A stretch of DNA of 64,000 nt from Phoronis australis (Eukaryota; Animalia; Phoronida): positions 1,760,295 to 1,824,294 of the forward strand of contig NMRA01000017.1 in NCBI GenBank assembly GCA_002633005.1, written 5' to 3'. The position numbers were made by a program, and so were the translations under genes. Below, in pieces: positions 41,231 to 55,899 of this stretch (its first letter is position 1; every line of letters starts with the position of its first letter). The notes under the pieces are model-generated. The model ran no database searches, had not been told where the DNA came from, and was given only the letters and a program-made list of their open reading frames with translations.

Positions 41231-42399
41231 TTTTGTAAGGGTATCGACAGAGACGCGTTTAGACTATGTTTTAGTGCGACAGCTCGGTTTTAACTGCCGT
41301 GTTTGACAAGATCGTCGTGCTATCTGCAGAGAGGTGTTGGGGCGTGTCTAGTTCCTATAAGTCACTTAGCACAAAGTTTTTCAATAAACCAAACTGTGTG
41401 AATTGGAAAATTCTGGCTCGAAAATCAGTTTTGCTGGGTGCAGCACCCATTGAGTTTTCACCTTAAAATAGGTTCAATTTGTTCTATCGAAAATCCGTAT
41501 TCTGGTGATGCAATTTTGGTGCATCTTCCTGTTTACAAATATGAAGGGTCTACCTCAAAAAAATCCACAGCATGTAAAGCATCTCGAAGCACTGTACAAT
41601 GTATGAAGGTTGAATCTTCTGAGGGTCTAGCAATGCATTGGTGCTTATGGAAGGGCTAGCTCAAAATGCACATTTCACTTAGCGACTTTTAATCCGGAAT
41701 CTCGGTTTACCTTCATCCGATTGGAGTTCAAAGGATAATTCCCCAGTGGGTACTAAATAACAAAATTGAAGAGCCTGTCGAAAAACCTCTTGACGGAGAG
41801 GCATTTTGACGGAATGTACTCCTCTACCGTTTTCAGGTCATTGCAGCGATTTTGCGTCAAAATATTATCAATAAAACACAATCAAAGCTGGCCTCTGAGT
41901 TTCTGGTATCAAACACAATGTTAAAGAATCGATGTAAGAGTAATAACACAAAGGAAGATGGAAAAACAAGAATGAGAATAATTATAAGAACACGAAAGTA
42001 AGAGTAACAATACGATGAAATACATAGCACAACAAAACTGCGCAAACTCGAGCAGGGAAATAACATTTAAGAAAACCCGGGATAACAGTATTCTGTGCTT
42101 ACAAGCGCAGAGTACTATTGTTTCTTGGTGATCACTCATTCATTTTCGACCACATTTCCGAACACCTATTCGGTCATTTGATCCATGGGAAAGTGACAGG
42201 TTAGTTATTTTCACACCGAAAGAGATTTCTGGCGAGTTGTTCCCGTAGGACCTTGGCACAGACAGTGAAACGTTATTTTACACAAGCGAGATTTCAGCTC
42301 TCATTAGATAATTCGAAGAGGTTCTCAACGAACTATTTCATCTGAATATAGTTAAATTGTGATACACATGGTAATTTACGCCACGCAATTGAAACTTAC

Positions 42400-42672
42400 T
42401 TTTGTTACAGATTTCAATTCCGCAGTAGTCCCAAGCTGGAAATCGTCCGTCGATATAGCACCAAGGACCGTTTGGTTTTGCGCCTATATTTCTACAAAGA
42501 TTTGATCTCTGCACTTGTATGGGAAGATGATTAAATCTATATTCTCCTATAAATGTTGCATGAAGTTTCCTGACCACATCTGGGTGTGACCAGCTCATAC
42601 ACCGTTCCCCTCTATGAGTAGTCGCTTTCGATCCAAGATAGTCTCTCCCAAGCGGTTCCTCTGCGCACAGTT
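42400..42672 (-). CDS. Kringle domain exon
   Basis: Acceptor tcccgcag and donor gtaagt; 273 bp, phase 1/1. Encodes C...GRDYLG...GERCMSW...NLCRNIGAKPNGPWCY...WDYCGIEIC. Confidence 0.87.
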
Positions 42673-44619
42673 CTGCGGGACATGACAGATTGTTAACTTC
42701 ATAATGTAACGGATCAAATGACATCACAGTAATAAAGAAAATTCAATTGTATCAGTCCTAAATACCAATGCAATCTTCAAAAATTTGGAGGAACTCAGAT
42801 AGAATACAGGTAGCACCTAGCTGTGGCCCTGTGAACACAATCACCAAAAAATAACCAGAAAAGAAAAGTACACCGTAATCGTTAAAATTTTGGGGGCATT
42901 TTGGAATTATGATTCGAAAGATATCATTGCTCCCTCAAGAAATTTTGCGCACGTCCTTCTTGGACTTTTTCCAGCACCGCCATATGCACCAGCTGTTTTA
43001 TATTCAGGAGAATGCTGGCCCTTAAAGAGCTACAAGTCTTTTTCCTGAAGGGGAAAGGCCTACTTGGTTAGATAAGTGATGGTTGTGTACACGTAGTTCT
43101 GCACACATGCGAAACTATTGTAGGTGTGATGAAACAAACATGAACTTTGGTGTACTTATTAAATACATTAAATCCGATGATTCATTAGACTGCATCACGG
43201 CTAACCAGACAAAAGCGTAACCGTAACGCAGCCGTGTCCCATCAACGACTTAATCGTGGTTAGTTAAGTCGAACAAATACAACTCTATACACGTCATGTA
43301 AACATGACTGTGAACAGTGTGAAATTTGTCATAGCTCTCACTGTACTTAATTCATAGTTAAGGAGCCCACGAACCTTGATGTATTTGCAAGTACATATGC
43401 ATTGTACATGTAACTCCGTAGATTCTTGTATTGAACTCGCGGAACAGAAATTTTCAATAAGCTCCCTTCTCCTGGTTATGGCATCTGGCGGTGATGGCAT
43501 CTGCCATCCCGATGCCCTACTGAGTTAATATGTTGAGTCCCCAACCTCTAGTGCGGGTTTACATGTTGTCTCCTGCCCTTAATATCCTAAAGCCTGGAAA
43601 TCTCCCCTCAAAGATAATGACTGTAACCTTTCTAACTCGTCAAGCTGTGGCGATCACGAAAGCAAAATTTGAGATGCATGTTAGGAGAATTCATTTGGTA
43701 TGATCAGACATATTGTGAAGACATTGAATTGTTCCGTTGCTCACTTTTGTTTCAGACTTGTTTATAGGTCCAGTTCAAGTGCGCAGTTTAGCTCCAAAGC
43801 CTGTTCCAAGAAGTGAATTAAGACTTGAAACATGAACCTGGACCCGGAATCAAATTTTTGTACTCCTAACGAGCTCGAAATTATTTTGGATAATTTTTCT
43901 GCTAATTACGTGTATGTGTAAACCCAAGATAAGTAGTCATTAGATGATGCTCGAATTGAAGTTTAGGCATATGACTTTCTAGTGCAACTTTGCACTAGAT
44001 GACCCTGTCATTTTCTACCATTTCTAGCAGAAACTTGAAATTTCCATTTTAAACCCAAGCTCTTGGACTTAAAGTTGGGTTTATCAACTGCAAGTTAGGA
44101 CTGGAAATTAGCCACGTAAGTCAGTATGCACTGGAGCATAGAATAATAAACGCTTGTCTTATGTTTAGTTCGCAGCAAAATACACTAGAAAATTCCAAAC
44201 ATCGTTTCGGGACCAAGGCCTTGCTCTGTCACTCCACGTAACGATTTCAAATTTGCAGACGTCTGTGAGACTCAAAATATACACATCACTGCTAGTTGCT
44301 GTTGTATAATTTATAAATTCTTCGACTGTAATGCGTTCATACTTAAGGCCGGATGATGTAGAATTATACACGGAAATTAGGCAACATGTAACCCCTTGAC
44401 GGACTATTCTTGCGGCATTACAGCGTGACGTAATTGCCATCAGGGAAAGAAGAATGTGTGAGATGGGTATTGATTTTCACTGTTGAAGTTATCGTATTTT
44501 TCTCGCAGTTCCTCTTCCATTCAAAGTTGTTGGGAACATTTTGTATGCATAAAAAAACACGGTTACAATTTCAATGAAAGTGGCAACTATTAATTCAGAC
44601 TTTAAAAGTCAAAACTCAC

Positions 44620-44779
44620 TCGTATACCCAGGGTAACATCTCAATTATCTCGCTGAAGTTAAAACTCGTTAACCGTAAGTGCTTAATCATGGAAAACAGA
44701 GTAAACCGATTGGTGCGGTAGGATACATGCAGTAAAATAAGTCCTCGTAGTGCATCTCTGGTGCAGAATTCGTTGAAAA
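44620..44779 (-). CDS. Candidate linker exon between kringle exons
   Basis: Acceptor attgtacag and donor gtgagt; only the phase 1-to-2 frame is open (FNEFCTRDALRGL...LPWVY), which fits the preceding kringle exon. Confidence 0.3.
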
Positions 44780-45539
44780 CTGTACAATATTGATATACTG
44801 GAACAGTGCAGCCATTGAATTATTAGACTTCGTCCGGTCTGCCGCCTATATGGCTAGACGTGAGCGTAACCGGAGACAGATCGGAGAGTGAGGCGAGAAT
44901 CGACCGTGACAACTAGCATGAGCACAAGCGTGACTGTGCCCGGAGCTTACAGTGAGTTAGGCGTGAACGAAGCACGAGTGGACCGTGAGCCATACGTGAG
45001 ATTCCCTGCCTTCTCTGCAGTCGGTACAGTCTTAATTGTTGTTCTAACTCGTTTACCGCGACTAGAACACAGTGCTGTATCGCATTTCAATAAACATTCC
45101 TATGTTAAAATCATCTAGTACACAAGTGTAAGAACTTTGACAACATCGGTAAGAAATTCCCTAGCATGTTTGCAATATATATATATGGTAGTGGTTTGCT
45201 ATCTCAAGGCAAATATTCTATATGACCATAATGCAATATAGTTTACTATATAGTTCATTAAAACGTGTGGATGCGCCACTTACTCAAAGCTAAAGCACGA
45301 AGACGCTAAAGTGAGTAATACTATCTTTAATGCAGAAATGTATCATGAATATGTAATGAATTACATGCAATATTGTACATTAGTGAATTTATTACTTGAC
45401 ATTTATTCTTGTTATAGTAGATATTAACTGTTAACCTTCCGTTATTTCTCATTGATGTTAATACTAGTGGGCCTATATCGTTTAACTGATAAACGAACTC
45501 TACACCAGAGAGGAACAAGTGTCCAATTATGAAGTAAAT

Positions 45540-47700
45540 TTACTTTAGTGAAGATTTCTGACTGAACTTGAGATAGGTTGTCTAAATATTTTGCCTTTAA
45601 ATATTGATTGAAGAATCCACTTGTTTTCCATGCAATTTTTATTGCATTTGTTGATTTTTTTGGTTTTGAAAGGCAAGTGTTTGTTCATTATCAGTTAAAC
45701 CTCGTGAGAAAATACTGTTATTTGTGTTAACGTCATCACTCTTATTGAGTATGGGTTGGTCATCTATTAAATTCAGTTCTTCTTTGAGATCATCAATTGG
45801 CCGTTCATTAAATGGAGTATGTGTCTTAATGTGGCTGGATACTGGAGCTTTATGGTTTGCGTTGGTGTGAGTTATAATGAAGATTGGACAGTGGACATAT
45901 GGAGACGATATTAGAATTCCAGAGTGAGACTGTTCAAGCATACTTGGAAATTTAATATATGTATGGTCAATAAATGTGGCAGAGTGATCGGTGATTATAA
46001 TGGAAAGAGTAATTTTAGGAAGGTGGTTGCGGGCTATCAATACATCAAAAAGTTCATTAAGTTTCATCTTAGGGTTTAAGCTTATAAGGTCGATGTTGAA
46101 TTATCCCATATAACTATTTCTTTGTTATATGAGGACAGATTCATAAGTCCAAGGGTGCATTCGTTGAGGAATAGATCGGCATGTCTGAATTCACTTGTGG
46201 GTGTTCACTAAACATTAACAATAGTCTATGTTTTATTCTCAGGCGTTCTTACATGCGATATCATTACCTTCCATGAAGCAAAATTGTTACAGTAAGTCTG
46301 TTCAAGCATACATAATTTACAAATAGTCTTTAACATATATGATAAGATGTTCCTGACGAGAACAAGTTTCAATTATATGGAATTGTCACAATAGAATACT
46401 CCGAAAGTTGAAATAAATTCGGGTGATCATTTTCGCTCAACCAGGATTCCTGCAGTCAGATGATGTCAATACACCTGTGTGCTTCGTGAATCATTGCTTG
46501 AAAGGATGGACTGTGTATTGACACTTTGTATGCATAACTTGCGTTTATTGTACTAAAGATAAATTGTGAAACCACTAGTATCACGGCATGCGTACATTGA
46601 AGAAACTGTCTTCATCATTCGGTTTCAGTTTGTCAATTATGTTGTAGTTGTCGTTCCCACCATAGGCTTTTAACACCTCATTGGAATTTAAAGACATATA
46701 ACCTGTCATGTTAATGGGTTCATTCATGATGGAAGAAATGTCACAACTGCGGTGCTCTTCAACAACGTCATGCCAAATTGAAAAATCAATGCTTGCGGTC
46801 TACTATTAAAACTAACATAATATGAAGTCTATACATACTATCAAGACTAAATAGCATCGAAAACTACTGCAGTATGAAGTAGGAAACTTAAAAAGAAATA
46901 CATGTATGATTGGTTGGATCACCCAGTGAGTAAATTAGCTGTTTATGTGAACATGCACACATCACTGCGAGTTATTGTTACTTTGCTTACGAAATACCAA
47001 GAGAGTGGAAATACCGATGCGTGGAGTTCTTGTGAACTAAATTTTCTGAACTGGCTACCAGTTAATTAATCTGTAAGGGTTATCGGTTCATTCACGTCTC
47101 CAAATCACTGTACGGGTCTTGTTGTTGACTCTCATCTTCAATGAACCATCTGTGGACTAAGCTGGGATCTTGAATCTTTCCATTTCGTTTCAGCTGTCGT
47201 CATTTGAAGAGTAGTTCGCTTTGATCTTCCGTGAGGTATTCGTTGACAAACTACTGCGGTCTATTTCTTTAATTTTACAACAATTCTGTCTCCAAGTCGC
47301 TGTTTGCTGTAAAGATCTTTTTCCGTGATGACGATATAGGTTAAGTTTCCGTACAATATCCATTACATGCTTGTCCGTATTGTGGTTTTCGTTTTCTTGA
47401 CGCCAGTATCCAGTAAACAGTTCCCACGGGAGATAATCAAATTTCATCATTAGGCTTGAAATGTTTTCATCTTGGTTAGATTTCTTGTGAAACTGTGACA
47501 ATACGTAGTTTAGTTGGTTAATTTCCTAGAGTTTTTGGCCATTACTTCATGATTTTTCCTGGATTTTGTTCAGAGACTCTTCCAGAACTTTTGAAAGTAC
47601 GCCCGTACGTGTCTCTGAAGGCATCTGATTACGAGGTAGTAAGTGGAACTGATCCTTGTTCTTTAGTCAATGAATCAATGGGTAATATCGGTGTTCGAAG
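45540..47700 (-). mobile_element. Degraded LINE 5' part (ORF1 + APE endonuclease), CR1/L2 group
   Basis: On minus: FVNEYLTED and A*STDG (ORF1 C-terminus), DII*LQESWL (APE start), then ITDHSATFIDH and HCPIF (APE end). Confidence 0.7.
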
Positions 47701-47759
47701 ACTAATAACGGTGGCACTTCCCGTCATTTTTGCACAAGGACGAGTCTACCAGAATGATG

Positions 47760-48250
47760 AAACATGTGGTGCACTGCTCAAGTTAAACGGAACGTTTCCT
47801 CGACATGTTCTCCTTTTGATTTATAAAGCTTTCATTTTGCCACAAATTACTTATGCGGTAACAGGTTGGGGTTTACACGGCTGGCGTGGACTAGAAGTAT
47901 TACAAAACTTGCTGTTATAAATATACCTCATCGTACTTCCTAGCTCACACCGACGCGTTATTTCGTTCTCTGAATATTTTTTTTTTTTTTTTTTTGAACG
48001 ACATTTTTCGTATTTTTGTCTAAAAGTTTTCCATCTGTCTTGTAATAAGCTCTTGCCCCATATTTCTCATTTTTTATCATGATATCAATCTTGAAACATC
48101 CAATCGATATAGAGATGTCCCCTCAAGACACCCCTATTTCGTGTAACACTTCCACCGCTCAAACCATTATTACCAATACCATTCATTCAAGTCAAGATCC
48201 TCCGCAATTTTCTTCCAGAACTCATTAATTCTTATGTGTAAAAAGTTCAG
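47760..48250 (+). mobile_element. Degraded LINE post-RT fragment (CR1/L2 group)
   Basis: LLLIYKAFILPQITYAVTGWG...LEVLQN, the same motif class as 5730-5830. Confidence 0.6.
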
Positions 48251-48939
48251 TCTGTCGTAGATTGACTTAACATGCAAATGAATTCTTGTACCAATGCTGA
48301 AGATCTGCGGACAGTGTCAAACAGTCTGGAAATTTAGTCGACGTAAAACCACGATTGCAACATTAAAATGTTTGGAGACCGAAGTCTCACTAAAATATGC
48401 ACTTAATTCACGGATTTTTCGTTTCGGGTGCATGCGCGAAGAAGATTATCGTTCACGAAGTGCTGGAATCATCTCTGAAGACTACAGTACATATGATATT
48501 TAAGCGTTATTATTTACGTAAATAGAAAATGCATGGCCTCAAAGATTAAAAGCATGTGCGATTCCAGCCTTGAAATTGTTAGCTCCAATTTTTGAGAGTA
48601 TGGAGCTCTTTCTAAGATTCACGGTGTGCGTTTAGAGCTATGAATTGTGCATGGACCGAAGTTTGATATTTCCAGAAATCGTAGTGGATATTTCTCTCGT
48701 TTTCAACATATTCGGTGTTTTTGTTCCGCAGCGCATGAAAGCAAGTCCTCCATTGCCACGCAGTGTACAACATTGCTTGTACCATGATCAGTTACTGTGA
48801 CTGGGACAATTGGCAATTCTTTTTTTGTTTTTGGCATTGGTTATTAGGTCATGTCGACAGCGCCAATTGGAGTCCCAGCTTCTTTTCAAGTTACGCCCCT
48901 AAAACCATTAGTAGTTCCGCTTTTTGGGCCTCAGTGGTG

Positions 48940-49400
48940 TTTAATTACTGCGTATAGAAATACAAGCTCCACGCTGGTCCTGGTAAAGGGTACCACAGGT
49001 AACACAATGCTTTCTCTGCTTCCTCACCCATTCTACGCATACAGCTGTAGCTGCCTTCCTTTTGTTTCCGCGAATGCTGAGACCATGGACCATACGCCAC
49101 AAAGAATAAGCCCTACACCCAACTTCTATTGGAAAGATCCCTGTGGGCCAATCCTGGCCATTACAAAATTCAGTTAACTCTGTGTACTTAGCTTTAATCC
49201 TCTTGCATGCGTCTACGTAATTCTCCTTCATTGGACATTCAGTTCGATAACTTTGATAAACTTCTGACTTGTGGAAACATCACAATGTCTGGACGCAGTC
49301 CTGTTATTACCGCACCAGGTAATAGAATTCTCTGCTGCTGATCGGCTCTCGTATCCCAGTCAATCCCTTACAGCACAGAATTATCTTTCGCATCACTGAG
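48940..49400 (-). mobile_element. HERO/R2-superfamily non-LTR element, RLE endonuclease fragment
   Basis: TGLRPDIV...VIELNV..KEN...KRIKAKYTEL...W...FPIEVGCR, i.e. the PD..E..K restriction-like endonuclease, frameshifted. Confidence 0.72.
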
Positions 49401-50799
49401 TTGGCACATTTCTCTTTCGCGAACTAAAGATTTAAATCTTGATTGCTTTGGCTGCATCGATGTTATCTTCATCTCATTACCAGCAATACGTAAACTAGTG
49501 CTTCCCCCCAGGTTATCTGCATCAACTAAGTCATCGCTAATGGACCAGTCAACGCTTCACACTCCGCGTGTTTCGTAATGGAGAGAAGCACCAGGAAGGT
49601 TGTTACGGATTTTGTAGCGCTTAGTAGCCCAAAATTACCATAAGTTCAGTAACATTCAGTTGAAAAGGAAAGGCAAACCATATATCTAAAGATGTCTGGT
49701 CAATATCAAGGGCCATCACTCGTAAGCAAGTCAAAGCGGTTCTTTTTACCTGTTGCCTTATCTCGCTCCACCTCAGTCGACTCATAGATACTCGTAAAAG
49801 ATTTTTGCAGTGCAACAATACAATTCTCATAAATCCAACTTGTGATGACTCTTTTCAATTTGAAACCACCCACAATACTCTAAAACAAATTAATATTAGG
49901 TACAAAAACATTTTTCCCCGAAGTGAATCGTAAACAGCTCAGGTATTTGAGTTTTCCTGACATAGTTTCTTTGGTTTAATGCCTAATTTTAGAACTCATA
50001 GGCTCAAGAGCCAATCATTGCAGCAAGCTCTGCTATATCTTATCTATCAAGCAAACGTGTATTACTACACTAGTGTGGATATTATCAATGATTCAACCAA
50101 AAACTTCGAATTAACTAGACACACTGATGACAGTCTATGATAAACTTAACTGAAAACGAAAGGCCAAAATTGGCAATATTTGGCCACACCATGTTAAATA
50201 CAGTTTTTGTCTAATTATATTCAAACTCCTACATTTCAGTCTTTATTATACTGGCATCTGTTTGGTCTACCGGCAATTAACAGCATATGAAAGGCTCGGT
50301 CGAAATTGATCGTTTACTCAAATTCACTTTCGGGTTTCCAGCGGCGCTTTCACTGATCTAAGAGACAAAATAAGTCGAAACATAGACCATACCATGTTAA
50401 ACATAAAAATTCTTCCAATTTTCCTGAAACTTTGTCACGTTTTCAATCAGGTACGTATTGATGTTAAGTGCTATCGATTAATGTAATTGGTTCATAAATA
50501 AGACCCCCACGCTGTGACTTCTGCGAATCCGATGTTCATGTATCCTGGAAATGGCTGAGTGATTACTGCGCATGCACAGTTCACGGTTTAAATATTGCTG
50601 GTAATGTCCTTGTCTAATATATCAGAAGGAGATCTTAACACCTGGTCATGCATGCATCTTTACCTGCTTTGCTACAGAGTTACCTTGCATCAAGGCGAAA
50701 AGGGTAAATATACCATTCCCACCACGTATGTGACACTTTGGATTTAGCAACTAGTATTTCAATACTAACATGGTATTGCACGTAAAATATCTTGACTGG

Positions 50800-51100
50800 G
50801 TTGCCATGCAAACTGTCTCCATGCGCCGTAGCTTTTACCATATCACTCGCATTTCAGGTGCATTGCGCACCCTCCTGCCAAATTCCACAGACCTGGCTTG
50901 ACGCGATGCACCTTTTTGACAAATCTACTTCCTCCTGCACCATTTTTCTACTCTCTGAATGTGAGCATGTCATCTGCACACCCGAACTCACAGACCCCTT
51001 ATATTCTGTTGTTGTCAATACACCCGCCCGTTGAACTTTCCATCTTTTGAATGACGCTGACGCATTTCTTACTGAATACCAGCTATCTTAATTTCGTCCA
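50800..51100 (-). mobile_element. Possible very degraded LINE RT fragment
   Basis: CADDML followed, after a frameshift, by SESRKMVQEEVD. Confidence 0.25.
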
Positions 51101-51702
51101 CTATAATATTTCTGGAGGCAACTCCAAAGATAGTTTGTCAGACGGCCTCCAATTGTTATATTAGTCCTTTAAGGAAAACGGCCTGAAGGGCAAGCAGGAG
51201 CCTGACGGCCATGAAATCGGTATTTGGACGATTTTTACAATGTCTCTCGTGTTGCCGATGACTTAACAAATCTCGTAATAATGATTTAAAAATCAGCACT
51301 CGTTTTACAGCACGAGGCAGCAATGACCCCAGTGTATACTCACCTCTTGTTGTTGACGTTATCACTGAAAAATAGAAAATGACTATCACAGACGGTACTG
51401 AAACAGCACAAAGACTTCTAAAACAGATGAACCTAGAATCCGTTATCCAACATTGTTAAAAGATTGACATTTTTTCTAAGGAAAAATGCCTGTGCAAATA
51501 AAAAGCAAGTTCGATTATGGTTAGTTCATAAATCGCTGCGTCGAGTTTGCATTTAACAACACGTGTCTTAACTTCATAAAACGGAAACTTTTGAACAGAA
51601 ATTATTTCTTTTTGAGACTTTGCAACCAAAGAGTAGCCAAGTTGCAAAACTTTTAATTTCTAGGCAACCTGTAACCTAAAAAACGGTTGCTAGGAACAAT
51701 AC

Positions 51703-52023
51703 CTTCACTGGGACATAAAGGGATGTAACAATGCCTCTTTAACGTGCCATGGTATTTGATATTTGCAAAACACCACGGCCCTCTTTCATCGTTGTCGATG
51801 TTTCTGCAGTACGTGGAATTTCTTTCCTCTGGTCTCATCTTGTCGTAACCATCAATCCAGTTTGCATAAAACGGGTGTGGCCTAAAGAGCGGGTTTATAT
51901 ATTCCTTGAGTTTTTCCATTCTAAGTGACCACGGTGTGCACGGTTGTTGGAACTGTCCAGTAACTGCTACCTTCCCTCTGTAGTTTAGGCCACGTTGATC
52001 TTGTAGACACGTTACGTCTACGA
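51703..52023 (-). CDS. Kringle domain exon
   Basis: Phase 1/1 exon (acceptor gtttcag; an alternative in-frame acceptor would start at 52041; donor gtattg). Encodes C...GLNYRG...CTPW...YCRNIDNDERGPWCF...HCYIPLC, a kringle signature with 6 Cys. Confidence 0.85.
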
Positions 52024-52839
52024 CTGAAACATCGACGCAGTCTGATGACAATTGCATTTTCTCCACGCAGAACGTGGTGAGAAATAAAGGTCATTTTATA
52101 ATATTTTTTGGTTTCTTAATCAATAGGTATCCTATTTGCATTCCCATGGCACTTCCATCATTTTTCTAACTGTCTTCAGGTTTCACAGCAATTTTAGAAC
52201 GAACACGGAAACCTGCTCACCAACGGTGGAACTTCTATTGTATTTTCTGGTGCACGGTGGCGCTTGAAACTAATACCTTCCGTTTCCAGTCCAGCACTAT
52301 AATCACGAAGTCGCTAAGTAAATTATCGCCTTCGACGGAACATGATTTAAGTGTACGCTTGACTAATAATTCAATCTATGTGGCAGCCAATAATGTTACT
52401 TATGTCTGTGCTCATGTTTAAGAACATTTCAATACCAAAAATGGCCGAAGAGAGGCCTGCACAAATCAAAAAAATGCCCCCGCGCACCNCCGGAGTGCAA
52501 CTTATAAGTTGCAATTTTACAAAGAACAATATGTGTGAAAACCGAAAAAGATGTTCACAATCCAAAAAGTGTTCCACGTGAGTTTTGTATACAAATGATT
52601 GCCATCATTAACGATTTTACGCAATTTGACGATATCTTACATCATTTTTCGTGTAACTGAAAAAATGAGGGTCAAACCAATATTAAAGGGTTATTCATTA
52701 CGACAAAATAATTTTCTTCATAACCTATTGCAATTATTTGCATCACTGTTTTATTGTTACTTACAGTCAATACTGCACGCTTAATGTACAACTTTCATAG
52801 CCTTGGTAACAAGCTGTATATAAATATACAGCTTTGCAA

Positions 52840-53430
52840 TGATGTGGGTAAAAAGTGGTAAGATAAAATCTGACACGAAATTAGTGTCATTAAAAACAAC
52901 AGTCTTTCTTGAGTAAGCTAAAGAATATAACTGTGTTGGAAAAATGGCGTTCTACCGTTATTCTGCTGCTAAACTTGTGGAGCGATCACAACAAATTTTC
53001 GGGACTGGTTTCACTTCATTACAAGTTTTTAATAGTGTGATACCGAAAAAACAAATTTGAGAAGAAATTTAGCATTGCCTGAGAGATTTCCAAAAGTTTA
53101 GGAAATGACGGTGCGTGTGGCACAAGCGTATTGTTTTCAAAGTGACGACATATTTTTCATTGTCAGACAAGGCGGAAAGTTAGGCAAAGAAATGACGTTT
53201 ATTGCATTGTTTTTCACTTAAACGACTGTAAATGTTGATTCCCAGATTTTGCATGCACCCTGTCTGGTCTTTAGCTTTACTTGTTGATACAAGTTTCACG
53301 GTGCGGTGACGAGCAGAACTACCCTGGCTGTGTGCAATTTCGGGTCCTACGGAAGAAATACACACAGTGGTACCTACAGGGTGTAACTGTATTTTGACGA
53401 GAGTCTTCATACAGCTAGCTGGCTGGCTAC
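52840..53430. repeat. Dispersed repeat related to 33930-34500 (direct) and about 25340-25440 (inverted)
   Basis: Shared gatgtgggtaaaaa, tgttggaaaa, ttaggaaatgacg and ccagattttgcatgca blocks. Confidence 0.6.
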
Positions 53431-55899
53431 AACTTTCAGAGTTTATATAATCAGTTTTTTAGTGAGCCAGATTTCAACGAATGTTTTAAACAATGAGCTA
53501 TATATAGAGAGAGACGACACGAGACGACTCGAAAGTCAGACAGCGCGTGACACGCGGTCTGCCATATTGATGACGAACGATATCACCCCGGCCAACCCGC
53601 GATCGAGAACGCCCGGAAGGCGATCGAGAACGAGACCTTACATGTACACCAAAAATGTCAGACGACAGTGAAGTACCCGGTGAGTTTAAGTGTCATTTTC
53701 TTCTGAAATAGAGGCTACTTTGGTACCAATGCGACACAGCGAAAAGCGTCAGAGCTTAGCCTTTGTTGTGGATCTGAAATAATACTCGGCTTTTGCTATT
53801 TTTTGAAATAGAGACCGCAGAATTCAATGGGTTTGGGTAAAATGACTTGCGTCTCGTAAATTCGTCAATTTCTACTTGTTGTTAGCAATTCCTGGGTTCT
53901 TCAGTGGACACGTGTTACGTTTATAGTTAAATCGTCCCTGGTGACACCTCTGTCAGTTTTAATTTGTGAAACAATTCGAGCTATCTACCGAAACAAGCAG
54001 GTCCTTTCGTGAGACGGCGATCGGGAACGAAGCTGTTAATTCACCATGGCGATCGTGAACGCAAAAAATACGATCGTGAACGCACATTTTTTTTCTGTGC
54101 ATTTTCCTGAATAATTTTTCAAGTTGCGGTGTTATATAGTACGACCATGAAGTAGGTGACAGGTCAATTTTTGTTATATTTTAACCGTTTTTTATGATTT
54201 CTGTGTGAGATTTAGCCTCACCAATATGATTAAATGCGTTTGATTCTTCAGTTGAACTGTAGCCGAAGGAGGAGTCCTTCAGAGTTCTAACATACACGCC
54301 TTCAAAAAAATACCGCTAGCACAACTGCTGCATTTGACAAAGGGCTGTGTATGCTTATATGTTGTGGAGCTTCGTTCAGGAAGAAACCTTTTTTGTATAA
54401 CCACATGACAATAAAACACAGTGTCACTCACTAGCTGCAAGCAAGACCTTTACCAGGCCCGTGTTGCATGGGGCAAGATTTTTTTACCGCTTAAGATATT
54501 GTGACCGTCTATTAATGGAACATAAACTTAACATTTTAAACGTGCATCAATATAAAATTACATTCGAATGCACTACAAAATCATCAAGACGTTCAGACAC
54601 CATCTTCCGTACAAGTTTTTTCTTCTGTCTCGGACTAGACACGTGTTACATAAGTTAACGTGTTTGATTACATAACTTTTCTCACTTACGTTTTACACAA
54701 TGACTGGTGAGGCACATGTCTTTCTTTATCCTGGGTCAATTAAGTATATTTTGAACCAAACTGACAATCAATTTCGTGAAAAAAAATTTTAAACGTGCAT
54801 TAATAATGAAGGAATTTGTAATACGGTATTGCTGGATCGCACGTGTTTGTCTGATCGAACGGGGCGAGTCCATGATGCCTTTATTGTTTTCAAGTAAAAT
54901 TTTGTTCGCTTGGCACCGGTTTGTTTTTAGGAGATTTTAATTCTCAGGTGCCTAGATACAAATGTACGTCCTATAACAACTTATTTAATCAACGACCTTT
55001 CTCAAAATCTGATTATCTTTATCAGTGCCATTCAAAGCATATGACAAAATCAGCCTTAGATAAAGAAGCCTCTGAATTTTCTCAAATTAGATCAATGAGG
55101 TGTAACAGGGTAAATCCAGCTGCAGCTGCAAGGGGATGACGAGTGCTCTCGTACAGATGGTATTTCGTCATTGCATTAACCTCATTCCTCTGAGTACTCC
55201 ATGCTCCTATATTTGGTAATACAAATTGGACCTGTGACATGAATATGCATCACGTCGCCGAAAGTATAAAAAGCAAGGGTAGAATTTTCTATATGTACTC
55301 TGTATACATAAGGAGAGAAAACGACTCCGAAGCGAGGACCAGTATATTTTTGGTAAGTTATCTCCTTTTATCTCTAACACAAGGGTTCAAAATTTCAATT
55401 TCTTGATCCTTTTCTTAACGAAATTTTTTAATTTCGTTTCACGCACGGGGTATTCATTCTTTCGTCGTTTCTGACCAGCCGTCTACCCTACTCAATGTTT
55501 TCTTGTTTTTCATTTATTATCATTTTCTTAACACTTCACTTTACGTACTTGGTATCCAGCGTTTCCTTGTTTTTGGCCAATCGTCTATGATCAATATTCA
55601 AGATGCTTTTTAAATGCTGGTTCTTATTTATAATCATTTTCTTAAATCTTCACAGATTTTTAAAATTTCGTTTCGCGTACTTGGAGAATTATAAGCCCTT
55701 TTTAAATACCCGGTTTTTATCTATTTACCTTATTCATTTATAAAGATTAACCATCCACTGAAATTGTCTACAGGTTTTATACCTACACTTCATCTGTTGT
55801 GAATTTATTTATTGTAAACAATTTCGACAAATCCAATATTTTTTATTTTTGGTAAGCAACTATTAACACACGTCAGCTACCAATATTCCAATTCCATTT

